Assembly: GCF_039654945.1 (NCBI RefSeq)
Contig: NW_027361677.1
Location: 21,638,001-21,702,000 of the forward strand
Reading direction: 5' to 3'
From: Dendrobates tinctorius
Lineage: Eukaryota
Length of the DNA stretch: 64,000 bases
Each line of letters starts with the position of its first letter. The stretch's first letter is position 1. Below, piece after piece: positions 36,970 to 51,900 of the stretch. Below the pieces are notes generated by a model. The model had not been told where the DNA came from. It ran no database searches and saw only the letters and a program-made list of their open reading frames with translations. The translations under genes were made by a program, and so were the position numbers.

Positions 36970-39900
36970 ATGGCTGTGTGGACCCGAGCCTCCAAGTCCG
37001 GGCTCCTGGAGCTGCTGCTGCAGGACCACTGGGTGCGGGTGCAGGCGGAGCTCTCCGGGGAGGCCCTGAGCCTGACCTCGGAGCAGGAGCCGGCGGCACT
37101 CAATGGCATGAGCAATGGCACGGAGGTGGCCCCTGGCAGCCCCCGCAGGGGCCCCGGCCGCTCCGGGACCAGCTCCCCCCAGGCAGGCTCGGACTGCGGC
37201 TCGGAGTCAGGACTGGGGAGCCCCGGGGCCAGGTTCCCCCTGGACAGCCCGGAGCCGGCGAGGAGGGTGAGGGTGGTGAAGCAGGAGTTTGGCGGACTGG
37301 GCATCAGCATCAAGGGCGGCCAGGAGAACCACATGCCCATCCTCATCTCCAAGATCTTCCCGGGACTGGCGGCGGACAAGAGCCAGGCGCTGAGGGTGGG
37401 GGACGCCATCCTGTCCGTGAACGGTGCCGACCTGAGGCATGCCACCCACGACCAGGCTGTGCAGGTGCTGAAGAAGGCGGGCAAGGAGGTGACACTGGAA
37501 GGTGAGCTGCCGGGGGCTGTCTGCCAGGGGATAACAAGAGGACTGTCTACCAGGGAATAGCTGCCGGGGGACTGTCTACTGGGGCGCTGTCTGCCGGGGG
37601 CTGTCTACCAGGGAATAGCTACCAGGACTGTCTACCAGGGAATAGCTACCAGGGGCTGTCTACCAGGGAATAGCTATCAGGGACTGTCTACCAGGGAATA
37701 GCTATCAGGGACTGTCTACCAGGGAATAGCTATCAGGGACTGTCTACCAGGGAATAGCTACCAGGACTGTCTACCAGGGAATAGCTACCAGGGGCTGTCT
37801 ACCAGGGAATAGCTACCGGGGGACTGTCTACCGGGGGCTGTCTGCCAGGGGATAACAAGAGGACTGTCTACCGGGGGACTGTCTGCCAGGGGATAACAAG
37901 AGGACTGTCTACCAGGGAATAGCTGCCGGGGGACTGTCTACCGGGGGCTGTCTGCCAGGGGATAACAAGAGGACTGTCTACCGGGGGACTGTCTGCCAGG
38001 GGATAACAAGAGGACTGTCTACCAGGGAATAGCTGCCGGGGGACTGTCTACTGGGGCGCTGTCTGCCGGGGGCTGTCTACCAGGGGCTGTCTACCAGGGA
38101 ATAGCTACCAGGGACTGTCTACCAGGGAATAGCTACCAGGGACTGTCTACCAGGGAATAGCTATCAGGGACTGTCTACCAGGGAATAGCTACCAGGGACT
38201 GTCTGCCAGGGAATAGCTACCAGGGACTGTCTACCAGGGAATAGCTATCAGGGACTGTCTGCCAGGGAATAGCTACCAGGACTGTCTACCAGGGAATAGC
38301 TATCAGGGACTGTCTACCAGGGAATAGCTATCAGGGACTGTCTACCAGGGAATAGCTATCAGGGACTGTCTACCAGGGAATAGCTATCAGGGACTGTCTA
38401 CCAGGGAATAGCTATCAGGGACTGTCTACCAGGGAATAGCTATCAGGGACTGTCTACCAGGGAATAGCTATCAGGGACTGTCTACCAGGGAATAGCTATC
38501 AGGGACTGTCTACCAGGGAATAGCTATCAGGGACTGTCTACCAGGGAATAGCTATCAGGGACTGTCTACCAGGGAATAGCTACCAGGACTGTCTACCAGG
38601 GAATAGCTACCAGGGGCTGTCTACCAGGGAATAGCTACCGGGGGACTGTCTGCCAGGGGATAACAAGAGGACTGTCTGCCAGGGACTGTCTACCGGGGAC
38701 TGTCTACCAGGGGATAACAAGAGGACTGTCTACCAGGGAATAGCTGCCGGGGGACTGTCTACTGGGGCGCTGTCTGCCGGGGGCTGTCTGCCAGGGGATA
38801 ACAAGAGGACTGTCTACTGGGGCGCTGTCTGCCGGGGGCTGTCTACCAGGGGGCTGTCTACCAGGGAATAGCTACCAGGGGGCTGTCTACCAGGGAATAG
38901 CTACCAGGGGCTGTCTACTGGGGCGCTGTCTGCCGGGGGCTGTCTACCAGGGGCTGTCTACCAGGGAATAGCTACCAGGGACTGTCTATCAGGGACTGTC
39001 TGCCAGGGAATAGCTACCAGGGACTGTCTACCGGGGGGCTGTCTGCCAGGGACTGTCTACCGGGAGACTGTCTACCAGGGGGCTGTCTGCCAGGGAATAT
39101 CTACCAGGGACTGTCTACCGGGGGACTGTCTGCCAGGGAATAGCTACCAGGGACTGTCTGCCGGGGGCTGTCTGCCAGGGACTGTCTACCAGGGAATAGC
39201 TACCAGGGACTGTCTACCGGGGGACTGTCTACTGGGGCGCTGTCTGCCAGGGAATAGCTACCGGGGGGCTGTCTGCCAGGGACTGTCTACCGGGGGACTG
39301 TCTGCCAGGGAATAGCTACCAGGGACTGTCTACTGGGGCGCTGTCGGCCAGGGAATAGCTACCAGGCACTGTCTGCCAGGGAATAGCTACCAGGCACTGT
39401 CTACTGGGGCGCTGTCTGCCAGGGAATAGCTACCAGGGACTGTCTACTGGGGCGCTGTCTGCCAGGGAATAGCTACGGGGGGCTGTCTACCGGGGGGCTG
39501 TCTACTGGGGCGCTGTCTGCCAGGGAATAGCTACCAGGGACTGTCTACCAGGGGACTGTCTACTGGGGCGCTGTCTGCCAGGGAATAGCTACCGGGGGCT
39601 GTCTACCGGGGGGCTGTCTGCCAGGGACTGTCTGCCAGGGAATAGCTACCGGGGGACTGTCTACCGGGGGCTGTCTGCCAGGGAATAGCTACCGGGGGAC
39701 TGTCTACCGGGGGCTGTCTGCCAGGGAATAGCTACCGGGGGACTGTCTACCGGGGGCTGTCTGCCAGGGAATAGCTACCGGGGGACTGTCTACCGGGGGC
39801 TGTCTGCCAGGGAATAGCTACCGGGGGCTGTCTACCGGGGGACTGTCTGCCAGGGAATAACTACCGGGGGCTGTCTACCGGGGGACTGTCTGCCAGGGAA

Positions 39901-42900
39901 TAACTACCGGGGGCTGTCTGCCGGGGGACTGTCTGCCAGGGAATAACTACCGGGGGCTGTCTACCGGGGGACTGTCTGCCAGGGAATAGCTACCGGGGGA
40001 CTGTCTGCCAGGGAATAGCTACCGGGGGACTGTCTGCCAGGGAATAGCTACCGGGGGACTGTCTACCGGGGGACTGTCTGCCAGGGAATAGCTACCGGGG
40101 GACTGTCTACCGGGGGACTGTCTGCCAGGGAATAGCTACCGGGGGACTGTCTACCGGGGGACTGTCTGCCAGGGAATAGCTACCGGGGGACTGTCTACCG
40201 GGGGACTGTCTGCCAGGGAATAGCTACCGGGGGACTGTCTACCGGGGGACTGTCTGCCAGGGAATAGCTACCGGGGGACTGTGTGCCAGGGAATAGCTAC
40301 CGGGGGACTGTCTACCGGGGGGACTGTCTGCCAGGGAATAGCTACCGGGGGACTGTCTACCGGGGCACTGTCTGCCAGGGAATAGCTACCAGGCACTGTC
40401 TGCCGGGGGCTGTCTGCCGGGGGCTGTCTGCCGGGGGCTGTCTGCCGGGGGCTGTCTACCGGGGGACTGTCTACCAGGGGGTGTCTACCGGGGCACTGTC
40501 TACCAGGGAATAGCTACCAGGGACTGTCTACTGGGGCACACCGATCATGGATCCAGTGTCATTTCACTGGACTTCTCACTGGAACTTGCACTCCTTTTTT
40601 TTTTTCCTTCTAGTGGTTTTAGAATAAGTTTTTGGCAGAAACTGCGCCCCCTCTTGTCCATTGGCGGTGCCTGGTATTGCAGATTGGTGGCAAGATTGGG
40701 CACAACCCGTAGACACACAGCAGTATGTTATAAGAAAGTGATTCCTTGTACATGATTTCTATCAGCCACCAAGTGGGAATTTAAGAGACCCCCAGAAAGA
40801 ACCTGACATGCCCATACACCTCCAGTCGCCCCGCATTACATGAACGCGCAGCTCGGACGAGTGCTGGATTTTTCCGATTGGCAGAGGGGAATAAGCTGAC
40901 GCCGGACACTTCTGGGGAGCATTTTTCTCACCGATGGGACATGCTGAAATACAACATGCCCGATCCTTTCTCCCCATCATTATCATCCACAAGTAGAATG
41001 ACAGTTATTGTAGGCTTTTCCCAAACTGATGGATCTATATATAATGGGGCAGTCCAGAAGCTGAGAGCGCTGGGTTGTAACGTCGGCCATGTTGGCTGTC
41101 ACCCAGCTTTCCCAGCACCAGATATAACTTGGAGGTGACAGAAAAACATTTTTACCAGCTATTACTATTCTTACTCCTCTCCCGGTAACATTTCCTAAAT
41201 ACTATTGCACCACATAAAATGAAACTTGTGTTATACTGACCACACCCGAAACTTACTGGTTTCAAATTGCATAGATTTTCCTTGTTTTTTTGAATACCTG
41301 ATTTTTAGTCATTTTCTTGCACTTCTGTCTATCACTTGTAAAATCTTAAGCAATAGGCAAAAAAAAAGTTAGTAGAAAACTGGATATTCGTGTTCCACTG
41401 ACATGACTTGGAGAATATATCTGCCTGTATTATACTCACTATTCTGCTGGTGCAGTCACTGTGTACATACATTACATTACTGATCCTGAGTTACACCATG
41501 TATTATACCCCAGAGCTGCTCTCACTAATCTGCTGGTGCAGTCACTGTGTACATACATTACATTACTGATCCTGAGTTACATCCTGTATTATACTCCAGA
41601 GCTGCACTCACTATTCTGCTGGTGCAGTCACTGTGTACATATATTACATTACTGATCCTGAGTTACATCCTGTATTATACTCCAGAGCTGCACTCCCTAT
41701 TCTGCTGGTGCAGTCACTGTGTACATACATTACATTACTGATCCTGAGTTACATCCTGTATTATACTCCAGAGCTGCTCTCACTATTCTGCTGGTGCAGT
41801 CACTGTGTACATACATTACTGATCCTGAGTTACATCCTGTATTATACTCCAGAGCTGCACTCCCTATTCTGCTGGTGCAGTCACTGTGTACATACATTAC
41901 ATTACTGATCCTGAGTTACATCCTGTATTATACTCCAGAGCTGCACTCACTATTCTGCTGGTGCAGTCTTTATTTTTTATTTATTTATTTATTTTTTTTA
42001 ATGAAGCTTAAAATAAAGCCTAGTGAAAACACAAAAAACCTGCAGGTCAGTTCTTATAAGCGAATCCTGGAGGAAATGTTTCCAAATTAGACACTATAGA
42101 ATCAAAAGGCTGCAGAGCACACCTCAGGAAAATAACTCTTAAAAGTTTCTTCAGCAAAGAAATATTATGTTCACCCAGCTGTAGTTTACTGTACATGTAT
42201 TAACCCAATAAATGAAAAACGTGCAGTCCCCCCCCTTTTTTTTTTTTTTTATAACCAGCAAAGGTAAAGTAGACAGCTGTGAGCAATATTATCAGGCTGG
42301 GAAGGTCCATGGTTATTGGGCAATTCCCATCCTAAAAATACCAGCACCAGCCCGCAGCCGCCCCAAAAGTAGTGCATGACACTTCGCCTCAGCTCTTGGA
42401 GCAGTGGCAATTTGGGTAATGGTAGTTCGAGTTAATAACAGCTGTGGTTTGTCAAAATTCCCAGCTGCCATCAACCCCTGGGGTTAGTGATAGGGAGGTG
42501 TCTATGAGACACCCCCATTACTAACCCAGTAATTAAATGAAAAAAACACATAGGAAAAAATAGCGGTCACGTTCCTGCTATTCGCAGACGCTGGAGGCAA
42601 CGCGGAACGTAGACTGTATCGGACTTGGGTGGAAACATTTTGGGTAATAATTTGGCGAACAAGGGATTGTCTCCTTTTTTATTTTTTTTTTAGTTTTCCA
42701 TTTCTTTACTACTTTGCATTCGTTGGATTATGGCAGACCTGCATAGGATTTTTTTTTTTTTTCAATAAATTGGTGATAGAGGGATTTTTCTGTGTATATG
42801 TGTTATTACCAGGTTAGTAATGGGGGTGTCTGATGGACACCTCTCAATTAATAACGCAAGGGCTTGATCACAGCTGTCAACAACCCCAACTACCATTACC

Positions 42901-45900
42901 GCGATCGCCACCGCATCAGGGCAAACAGGAAGAGCTAGGCAAAATGCAGGAATTGGCGCATCGAATGTGACGTGCCAATTCTGGGGTGGCTGGGATGGGT
43001 CCAACAACCAGAGATCTTCCCAACCTGATATTAGCCTGTAGCTGTCTGCTTTACCTGTACTGGTTATTAAAAAAAAAAAAAACGGGGGGACTCAATGTCG
43101 TTTTTTTAAAATATTTATTAGGTTAAATCGGGCTAAACAAGACACCTGATTTAAACGCCCTCATAGCACATGTACTTTTTTCGCAGTGGCAAAAAAAAAA
43201 CTACAGTAGGCATGAGATTTCAATTACCGATAATCCCATTCACATATACTGTACGATGCAGTGAAAATACGCTTTGTCCAGAATGCTAGTATTCCTGATC
43301 CTGGGCATGCAGCCTTAGATGCCGACCGTAACTTGAAGACACGTCGGGAAACCGGTGGTGTGTGTTTTTTGTTTTTGTTTTTTTTGTTTATTTTTTTTAT
43401 TGTATTGTCTTTTGCAGTAACTTTTTTGTTTTATACATTTCATATATAACATAATGGTGGTTTCAGGCTAAAGAATGGAAAGGTCATTTCTTTTAGCCTC
43501 TTCACGGCTGAAAGAAGTGACAAAAGAGGAATCATGTGTATATCAAAGTCGTTAGGACATTACAGTATATTTGCTCGTTCTTTTTCTGGTGTGTTGTAGG
43601 CGGAATCTGTTTGAAAAATACACCGGAAAAAAATAGGTAAAAAACTTAGAATTTTGGGAAGAGTTTCCCAAACCTATTTAGGAGCATTTTGGACTGATTC
43701 TGCTCTATAACAAGTAAAAAAGAAAAACTGTCCCAAAAAAACCCCAATGTGAACATAGCTAAAAGCTCTCCAAAAACTTCCCCCTCCACTTCCCCAAATC
43801 AAAGGTTCACAAAAGAAAAAAATCCATATGCAACATCTTGGTTGCATCGGGTTTGTATGGGTACGTTGCAGGTATTACCCTAGGGAGCTGTATTTCATTG
43901 TGTAACATTATAAACTATTGATGTATAAAATCGGATTTCATGTGGACACACGGGTGAAAATCGTCCTCGTTTTCTGGATGAAAATCTAATGATTTTTTTA
44001 ATAGGCTCGTCGTGACTCTGGACAAAGGCGATTCCATTTGGAAAAACACCTCGTTTTTAAAATTTTCATAAAAAAAAAAAGCTCAGTGTGAACATAGCCA
44101 AAGACATCACACATCATCTGGCAGCCTCCGAGAGGAGAAACTGTCCCCTCAAAATCTGATTTCCCAGATGCCTGTTTGCACTCATTCGGAATCGTTGATG
44201 CTGTCTATTAAGCTCCGAGGGTCGCCCCGATCCGGCAGACTATTCTTCTTATATCTGTGGGCTGTAAATACGCAGGTTTGTCCCAGAAATCAGGGTGCGT
44301 TCCTGTAAAGGATTTTTATTTATTCATTTTTTTTTTTAGTAGACGCTCCTCTTTGCCCAGTTCCATGGAGCTGCCAAAAAAACAGAACTTTTCTGCAGCC
44401 GCCTTAACCCTTTCCATGCAGAATTCTCCCCCGCGGCCTCGCGCTTGGCTACCAGAACGGACAGATTTGCGGAGTCCGCTCCTGACAATACTAATCGGTC
44501 TTAACTCGGCATTAATATTAATACCCCTCCAGCCCCCGCTGATGGCTGCTGTCGCCTTATAGAGAACATCTGTGTATGCGATTTCACCCGAAAAGTGGGA
44601 AGATTACAGCAGCGGTGTCGTTACAGTGGGATTATTTCATTCTCTGGGTCCCTGATTGGTGGAACCCATAGGGTAGGCTACGACGGGGCGCCGATAACCC
44701 TAATCCTACACAATTACAGGAATTAGGGCTCCATGAAATGGTTAAAAAAATGGGGGTTTGGTAGAGGGAGCTGCAATATTTTAACATTTTCATAAACTAT
44801 TAATGGCGGTGATGCGGTCTGCGATACTTAAGATTTGGCGCCATCTTTCACAGCATTGAAAAGTATCCACCAAGTCTTAGGTTTTACAAGGGACTGCCTG
44901 CTGTAGGACTACAACTCCCAGCATTGGCAGCAGCACAAATCTCCTCTTCTTGCGGTTTGCTACAATGTGTCAGTCTGTAGTCTTTCTTAGTTTTGCCCTT
45001 ATGTAGCAAACATTCAGGATATGACTTGGGCTGTGTGCACACATGTAGTATTTGCAGCAGATTTTTCTGCACCAAAAGCCAGACTACTGGCAAAAAGTGT
45101 CTCGGTGCCATGCTCCCATCCCCATAACTATGATCGCGGATGGTAAGGACATGCTGAGAGTTGTAGTTCTACAAGCACTGGAGAGGCACAGTTTTGAGAC
45201 CACCGGTGTAACGATAAACTACAGACCTCCATGTCCCTCTCCCCCCACAGATGGAGGCATGTAGAGAGCTCAGCAGCTGGGAGCGGCCAGGTCTCTCGGC
45301 GCTGGGTGTGCCGTGTATGGAGCCAGCATATGCTCCACATGTGACCAACACATAAATGTTACAAGATGCCGATGTTTACTCGGCGCTGTAAAACTTTCGC
45401 AGATGGTTAAAGTTTGGGAGTTCTCATGAAAAACACAGCACCAAATATCATGTAAATTGTAGTATACATAGATCTGCATTGGAGCTGTATACACAAAACA
45501 GTATATATATATATATTTTTATTTTTTTTGTAATATTGGAAAGTTGCACACTTTTTTTTTTTTATTATTTCCTTCTGTTTCAGATACTTGATAAATATAT
45601 TTATTTTCCTTTTTGTCACGTTTTGAGAATTTCATATGCAATGGGGAAAATAGCATTGCAAGTTTGCCCAGAACGAGAGGTGCATTTCTTCGCTGGCGTC
45701 CCTAGTATATCTGATCATGGGAAAAACATGGCTGTTTTCTTGCCAAATCAGGGACATGGGTCCACAGGTTGTCAAGTATTGCAGATTTATTTCTTGGAAC
45801 TGCAATACCATGCACAACCTGCAGTAAAGGGTGGCGCCATTTCTGGAATGTTGAATTTTTAATCCTAAGTAACCGTGTTCATGATATTGGTAAAGTGATG

Positions 45901-48900
45901 ATCCATGTGAGGGTGAATATTCGCCTCCAGAGGAAAGGTAATTTCTCCTCCTTCTAGTAAATGCTGTATCGTACAGTGTTTTATATGTTGCACTTTGATC
46001 CGCTCTCTAATAAATGTGGATTATAGCAGTGTCCTTCTGTTCTCTGCATCTACTGGCTAGTGCCTCTAGAAACTACTTATGCCATATTATCTATAGTCTT
46101 ACCAGTCTACTTTTTAAATCTAGTCTAAAGGGTGACATGCCAGTGTAAGGAGACTTTAAGGCCATGCAATGCTCATCTGTGGGGAAAAATGTGCAACTTG
46201 CCTCTTCACAGAGCTCAAATTGACTTTTAGGATAGCTTCTTCCATCCAGGAGGTGTCAGTAGAGTACAAATCCTCTTCCCCTTTATATTACCCTTTAAAT
46301 GGTGTAACCAGTAGTCTTGCCAAATCCTTTGGGGGCAGCAGCAGAGTCATCAGAATCCTAAAACCTCAGGCAAAAGGGATTTGGCAAATGCCTTTAGGTG
46401 ATGCCAGTCAGCTTCTTCAGTATAGGTTCTGGTGGGGTATATTGGTTTACTCAAGGGTGTGCAGATAGCACTAATTGAAGAGCACCAGAAATCAATTCAG
46501 GGGTATTGAGTGCAGCCTGCAGTCCTTCTGGAAAGGACAGGTGGGTGGAGCTTCTGGAATAGAGCCCTGTCAGTCATTGGCTTCCCTCCAATCAAGGCTC
46601 ACATGGTTCTTCCCCCTGAAGTGCTGCTGACATGTCCTTTTCAGAAGGACTCAAACCTTTATTCAGGAATTTCTTACAAGTGACAGCCATGTATAAATGG
46701 TGATGCAATTAGTCCCCCCAAAGAAAGTGGTGCCCCACAGTCAGTTGATTGCAGGGGAAAGTATGTGTTACACAGCCGTTATTGGGAAAAATGGGACAGT
46801 CACTCATTCCAGTACCTCTTCTCTGGGGGTACTGAATGGTCCACCGAACTAACATCAATTTCTTTTGGCTCAGATGGACAACTATGAAATTTTCTTTATC
46901 TATCTTCTTGCCAAATTTGGCAGAAAAATCCCAAAAGTAGGAACATTGGGTACAAGAGTGACCTTAGCGTTCATGTCGGATACAAAAACGCTGTTGTGAA
47001 ACCAGGGCTGTGGAGTCGGTAAGCCAAACCTGCGACTCCGACTCCTCAATTTCCCTTACACCGACTCCAACTCCGACTCCACGACTCCGACTCCGACTCC
47101 ACGACTCCGACTCCGACTCCCACACATATTGCTTATATTTAAGTGAAAAATTTATTGTAGTACAATGTGAACCTCAGACATTTAATCATTTTTATGATCC
47201 AATAATCAAGATATTTAGATAGAACAGAATATATATTGTGTACTACCTGGTTTTCATTCTTTTTGGTACAGATACGATATGGATAGACAGATATGGATAA
47301 ATGGATAGACCAGATTTCTAATCTGCTTTTGCTATTGAAAACATTATCTATGAGCTCAAAAACCTTTCAGGAGATGCAGTTTTTTAAAAAGATGATCAAC
47401 TTTTGCAGCTGAAAAACGTATCCTGAAAAAACACAGGAAAAACGCTGTGTGTGAATGTAGCCTTAGATCAGGAATAGAACAGTCATTTATAGGACATTTC
47501 ATAACTTTCCCAAACTTCTATGAAAAAATATTCAGCACATCCTGCATTGAATTACTGTACCCAATTTATTATATATTTTAGGAGTCGGTCCATTTTATAC
47601 CGACTCCAACTCCGACTCCGACTCCACCAAAATGAGCACCGACTCCACGACTCCGACTCCTACTCCACAGCCCTGTGTGAAACTACAACCTCCAACATTT
47701 AGGGTCAAGACATGCTGTGAGTTGTAGTTCCACAACAGCTGGAGCCCACTGATAAACAATGCCACTGCCTCCCTCGTCACCCAGCTGTGGACCCCAATCT
47801 CCTCCTCCTTCTGGAGTCAGGTTATGCTGGGACTTGTAGTTTCACAACAGCTGGAGCCCACTGATAAACAATGCCACTGCCTCCCTCATCACCCAGCTAT
47901 GGACCCCAATCTCCTCCTCCTTCTAGAGTCAGGTTATGCTGGGACTTGTAGTTTCACAACAGATGGAAATCCACAGACTGTCGATGATAAACAATCAATG
48001 CTCTGGGTCACCCACCTTTATCAATATCCAGCTTTTCAGGAGTTTTTGGAAAGCTGAGTGGTGCCTTAAATGGGGGTCCATCACCCAACTTTCCATGAAA
48101 CAGATTTTTAGCAAGAATGGCTGTGGAATACAGCGACTTATCTTGGCTGCACATGACCGTTCTATCCTTAGCGGCTGCTGGTATTGGAGCGAGACCCTTC
48201 GGTGCCCCCCTTTCCCCTTGTCTGCGCCTCTCCATTTATAACACCATGCGATCCCTCTCTCCCTTATATGGAGACTCTCCCTAATCCTCCCTTATTCTGC
48301 AGCAAGCCATATAATCTGCAGTGAGATAGCAGCTTCAGACCAGATTAACCCCTGATGTCCCCGAGGAGCGAACCGGGCTGGCAGAGGCGTGGGGGGGATG
48401 TAAGACGCCTGGCAGCCTCCATCAGTTTGGCATCATTCTTTCACGCTATATTTATTCTGGGGACCCCATTTAAGAGAAAATTGTGAAGTTTTTCTTAAGC
48501 CTTTTTTTTTCCTCCCCCCGCTTTGTCGCATTACTCGCATCTTATGCAACATCCAGGAACAATTTCATTGTGAAATCCATAACATCAGCAGTCATAGAAA
48601 ATATGAGTCATTAAGGTGATAAAAATGTTCCAATAAGTGTAAGTGACCTCAATTACAGCTTTAACCAATGTTGTCACCAAGCTTTTCCAGGATCCTGAAT
48701 GGCAATGTAATTGCTGTATGCATGCGCCATATTAACCCTCTAATTCTCCAACCTTCTCTTCTCCACAGTGCGTTTCCTGCAGGACGTGTCCCCCTATATT
48801 CGGAAGGCGTCCCTGGTGGGTGATCTTCCCTGGGACAGTGGTGACCTCCGCAGTCCAGCGCACAGCGATGCATCTGGTTCCCCCAAACATGGTCCCAGGG

Positions 48901-51900
48901 ATTGCAAGGTCATTCCCTTAAAAATGTGTTACGCTGCGAGAAATCTGAGCATGTACGATCCCGAGGGACGGTCAGTGACACTGTGTGCGTGGCTCCAATG
49001 TTCCTGTTTGTCTCCGTAGGAGGTACATGTAGCGGTGTGCCTCGCGCCTCTGCTCCGTGCCTCTTATGTCTACATCTCTTCCAGGCTGGTAGAGCTGCGC
49101 TCGCCGGATGGATGTCACTCTCTGGTGCTCCGCTGCAGGGATTCGGCTTCCGCTCTGTCATGGTCACAGGCCTTGCACAATAACATCACAGCTCTGCTGC
49201 CGCAGGTCCTGGCGGAGACCCAGTGCATGCTGGGAGCTGCGACCGATGAACTCAGATATTTAGGCTGGGTGGCTGAGCAGGTGCGTATATGGTCTAATAT
49301 GTACTCCATACATGATCGCCGAGGAACTGACGGCCGAGACCCCCTCCGATATTGAGAACAGTGTCCACGCTGACCACCACTCCATTCACTTATATGGGAA
49401 AGATGGCGACCATCGATCCTGTACACAGTGAGTGGAGCAATAGTTACGCATATATGCTCTGTTTGTTCACACAGCGGACTTTGGGGTCCGTTTTCTCAGG
49501 ATTGGTGGGGGTCCTAGCAATTATATGTTTATCATATATTCTGTAGCTATATTAATGCAACAACCCCTTTAAAATGATATTGATAAATTTTGCATATTTC
49601 TAGTCAGTGTTATATTTCACCATTATGAAGAACTCTGCCTGCTGTCAGTAAATGAGGACGATTTACAGATCTAGCACTTCTCACAACTGAGAAGCCCTCA
49701 CATATACCCTATATACATTGAGTCCCACAAAGCCCCCAATATACATTGTGAGCCCCACATAGCCTCCTATATACAGTGTGAGCCCCCATATAGCCTCCTA
49801 TATACAGTCTGAGCCCCTACATAGCTCAATATATTCAGTATGAGGCCCCACATAGTGTTCTATATACATTGTGAGCCCCCACATAGCCTCCAATATACAG
49901 TGTGAGCCCCTATGTATAGTATGATCCCTGACATAGCCTCCTATATACATTGCAAGCATGCATTTGCCTCCTATCTACACTGTGAGGGAGCACATTGTCC
50001 TAAAATACAGTATGAACTCTGACATGGCCTCTTATATACATGCATATATCCCATACATGGATAAAAAAAAGAACAAAACACATACTCGCCTCGCTCCCGT
50101 TCCTCCAGCGCTCTGCTCCTTTGCACTGACTCTTCGCACAGTAGACACAATGTAATGACGTCATCACATCTGCTGCCTCAGTGATCGGTAGAAGGAGCCG
50201 GCCGCTCTCCTCCACCAATGTATTCACCGTTGTCTGCATCCTGAGGATGGGGGTAATATCGGGACATGGGCCATTGTAAGCGTGGACATGATGCGGCCCA
50301 TGGGTCACTGTTTTCAGCCCTTTGGTTGTCTCAGTCCGCGGCCTGCATCAGCCAGAGGACCAGATGTGACCCACCGTCCTCACTTTGTCCAGGTCTGTTC
50401 TAAACTGAATGCATTAATGCAAACTCCAGGCTATGATAACTATTGCAGTATTTTCGCTTTTGACTAAAGTGGCTGATAACCGAGGCCTGTGTACTGACCC
50501 TCATTATTTTCCACCCCAGATCTCTCAGGACGATGGACGGGCTTTATGGCATGCCATGCTTGCCGTTGTTTCCCAGAAGGATTTTCTTCTCTTTGAGGCA
50601 ATGCCCAAGACTCGGGAAGAGTGGGCGCACCCCAAGCACAAGCTGCCGCTTATCTCCACAAGGTAATAGTCATGAAAATGTAGCTTTGGAAACCCACGGA
50701 ATTCATTATCTTAATGCTCTACTTATCTTTTATGTTTGCCCACTGATTGGAGTGTATAAGGACGGGGACTGTCATGTTCTTGGGTGTCCGATGGAATTAA
50801 CATAAAGGGGTTGTCCACTACCAGAAAATTCCCTAATAATGACCCTAGGCAGGTGAAAAATATAGAAAAAAAAATTTAAACTCTCCTCCCGCACCAGCGC
50901 TGCTAGTTCGTCTGCCGGGTCCAATATCCAGCATGTGAGTAATGCAGACTCTCAGCGGGAGGGTGACTTTAACAAAAAAAATTTGTTTTTTTTTTTTCCA
51001 CTTTTTTTTTTTTTTTCCCCCACTTCCTTTGGCCTAATAATAAGGGTTTCCAGTTGTGGACAACCCCTTTGATATAAAATCTTCTGCTGTCTTTTTTAGA
51101 GGTGAAATTTGCTTAGATTTCTGCAGCAAGATCTGCACGATTTTGCTACAGACCTTCCCACAATTTGGAATCTTGATTGTTGCTTTTGGCAATATCTGTA
51201 ATTTTCCCAGAAATGGCACCACTCTTTGTTTAAATCTGTCACTTTTTTTTTCTTTTGACTCTCAGCTGCCGCCACTGACATCAGGGGCTTATCTACAGCA
51301 TTCTGTAATGCTGTAGATAAGCCCCCGATGTAACCTGAAAGAGAAGAAAAACACGTTAGATTATACTCACCGGGGTGGGGGGGCAGTCCGGTCCGATGGG
51401 TGTCGCGGTCCGGTCCGACACCTCCCACCTTCATACAATGCAGTCCTCTTCTTCCCTTCCTGTAGTGGCTTTCCCTGTTGAGGGCAGAGCAGTGTCCTGC
51501 AGTGTGCAGGCGTCGGGAGAGGTCTGGCGCCTGCGCATTGCAGTATTGTGCTCTGCCCTCAACAGGGCAGAGCAGTGCGCCTGCGCCGGAGCCACTACAG
51601 GAAGGGAAGAACAGGACGGCATCGCATGAAGATGGGGGAAGCCGGGCCGTGACACCCATTGGACCGGACCTCCCCCTCCGGTGAGTATAATCTAGCGTGT
51701 TTTTCTTCTCTTTGAGGTTACATCGGGGGCTTATCTACAGCATTACAGAATGCTGTAGATAAGCCACTGATGTCAGTGGAGGCAGCTGAGAGTCAAAAAA
51801 AGGGTGACAGATTCCCTTTAAAGCCTGGTATTACAGCTCAGGCCGGGCAGTAATTCCAAACTCAGCCCGTAGACCAGAATGGTGCTATGGTCACATCTTT

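Noticed and set aside
36770-37537. Several overlapping alternative-frame and antisense ORFs over SNTB2 exon 1
   Set aside because: Expected stop-codon depletion in very GC-rich coding DNA; no independent motifs.
41461-42090. Repetitive ORFs ([12 protein letters not shown]...)
   Set aside because: Translation by-products of the 86-bp tandem repeat.
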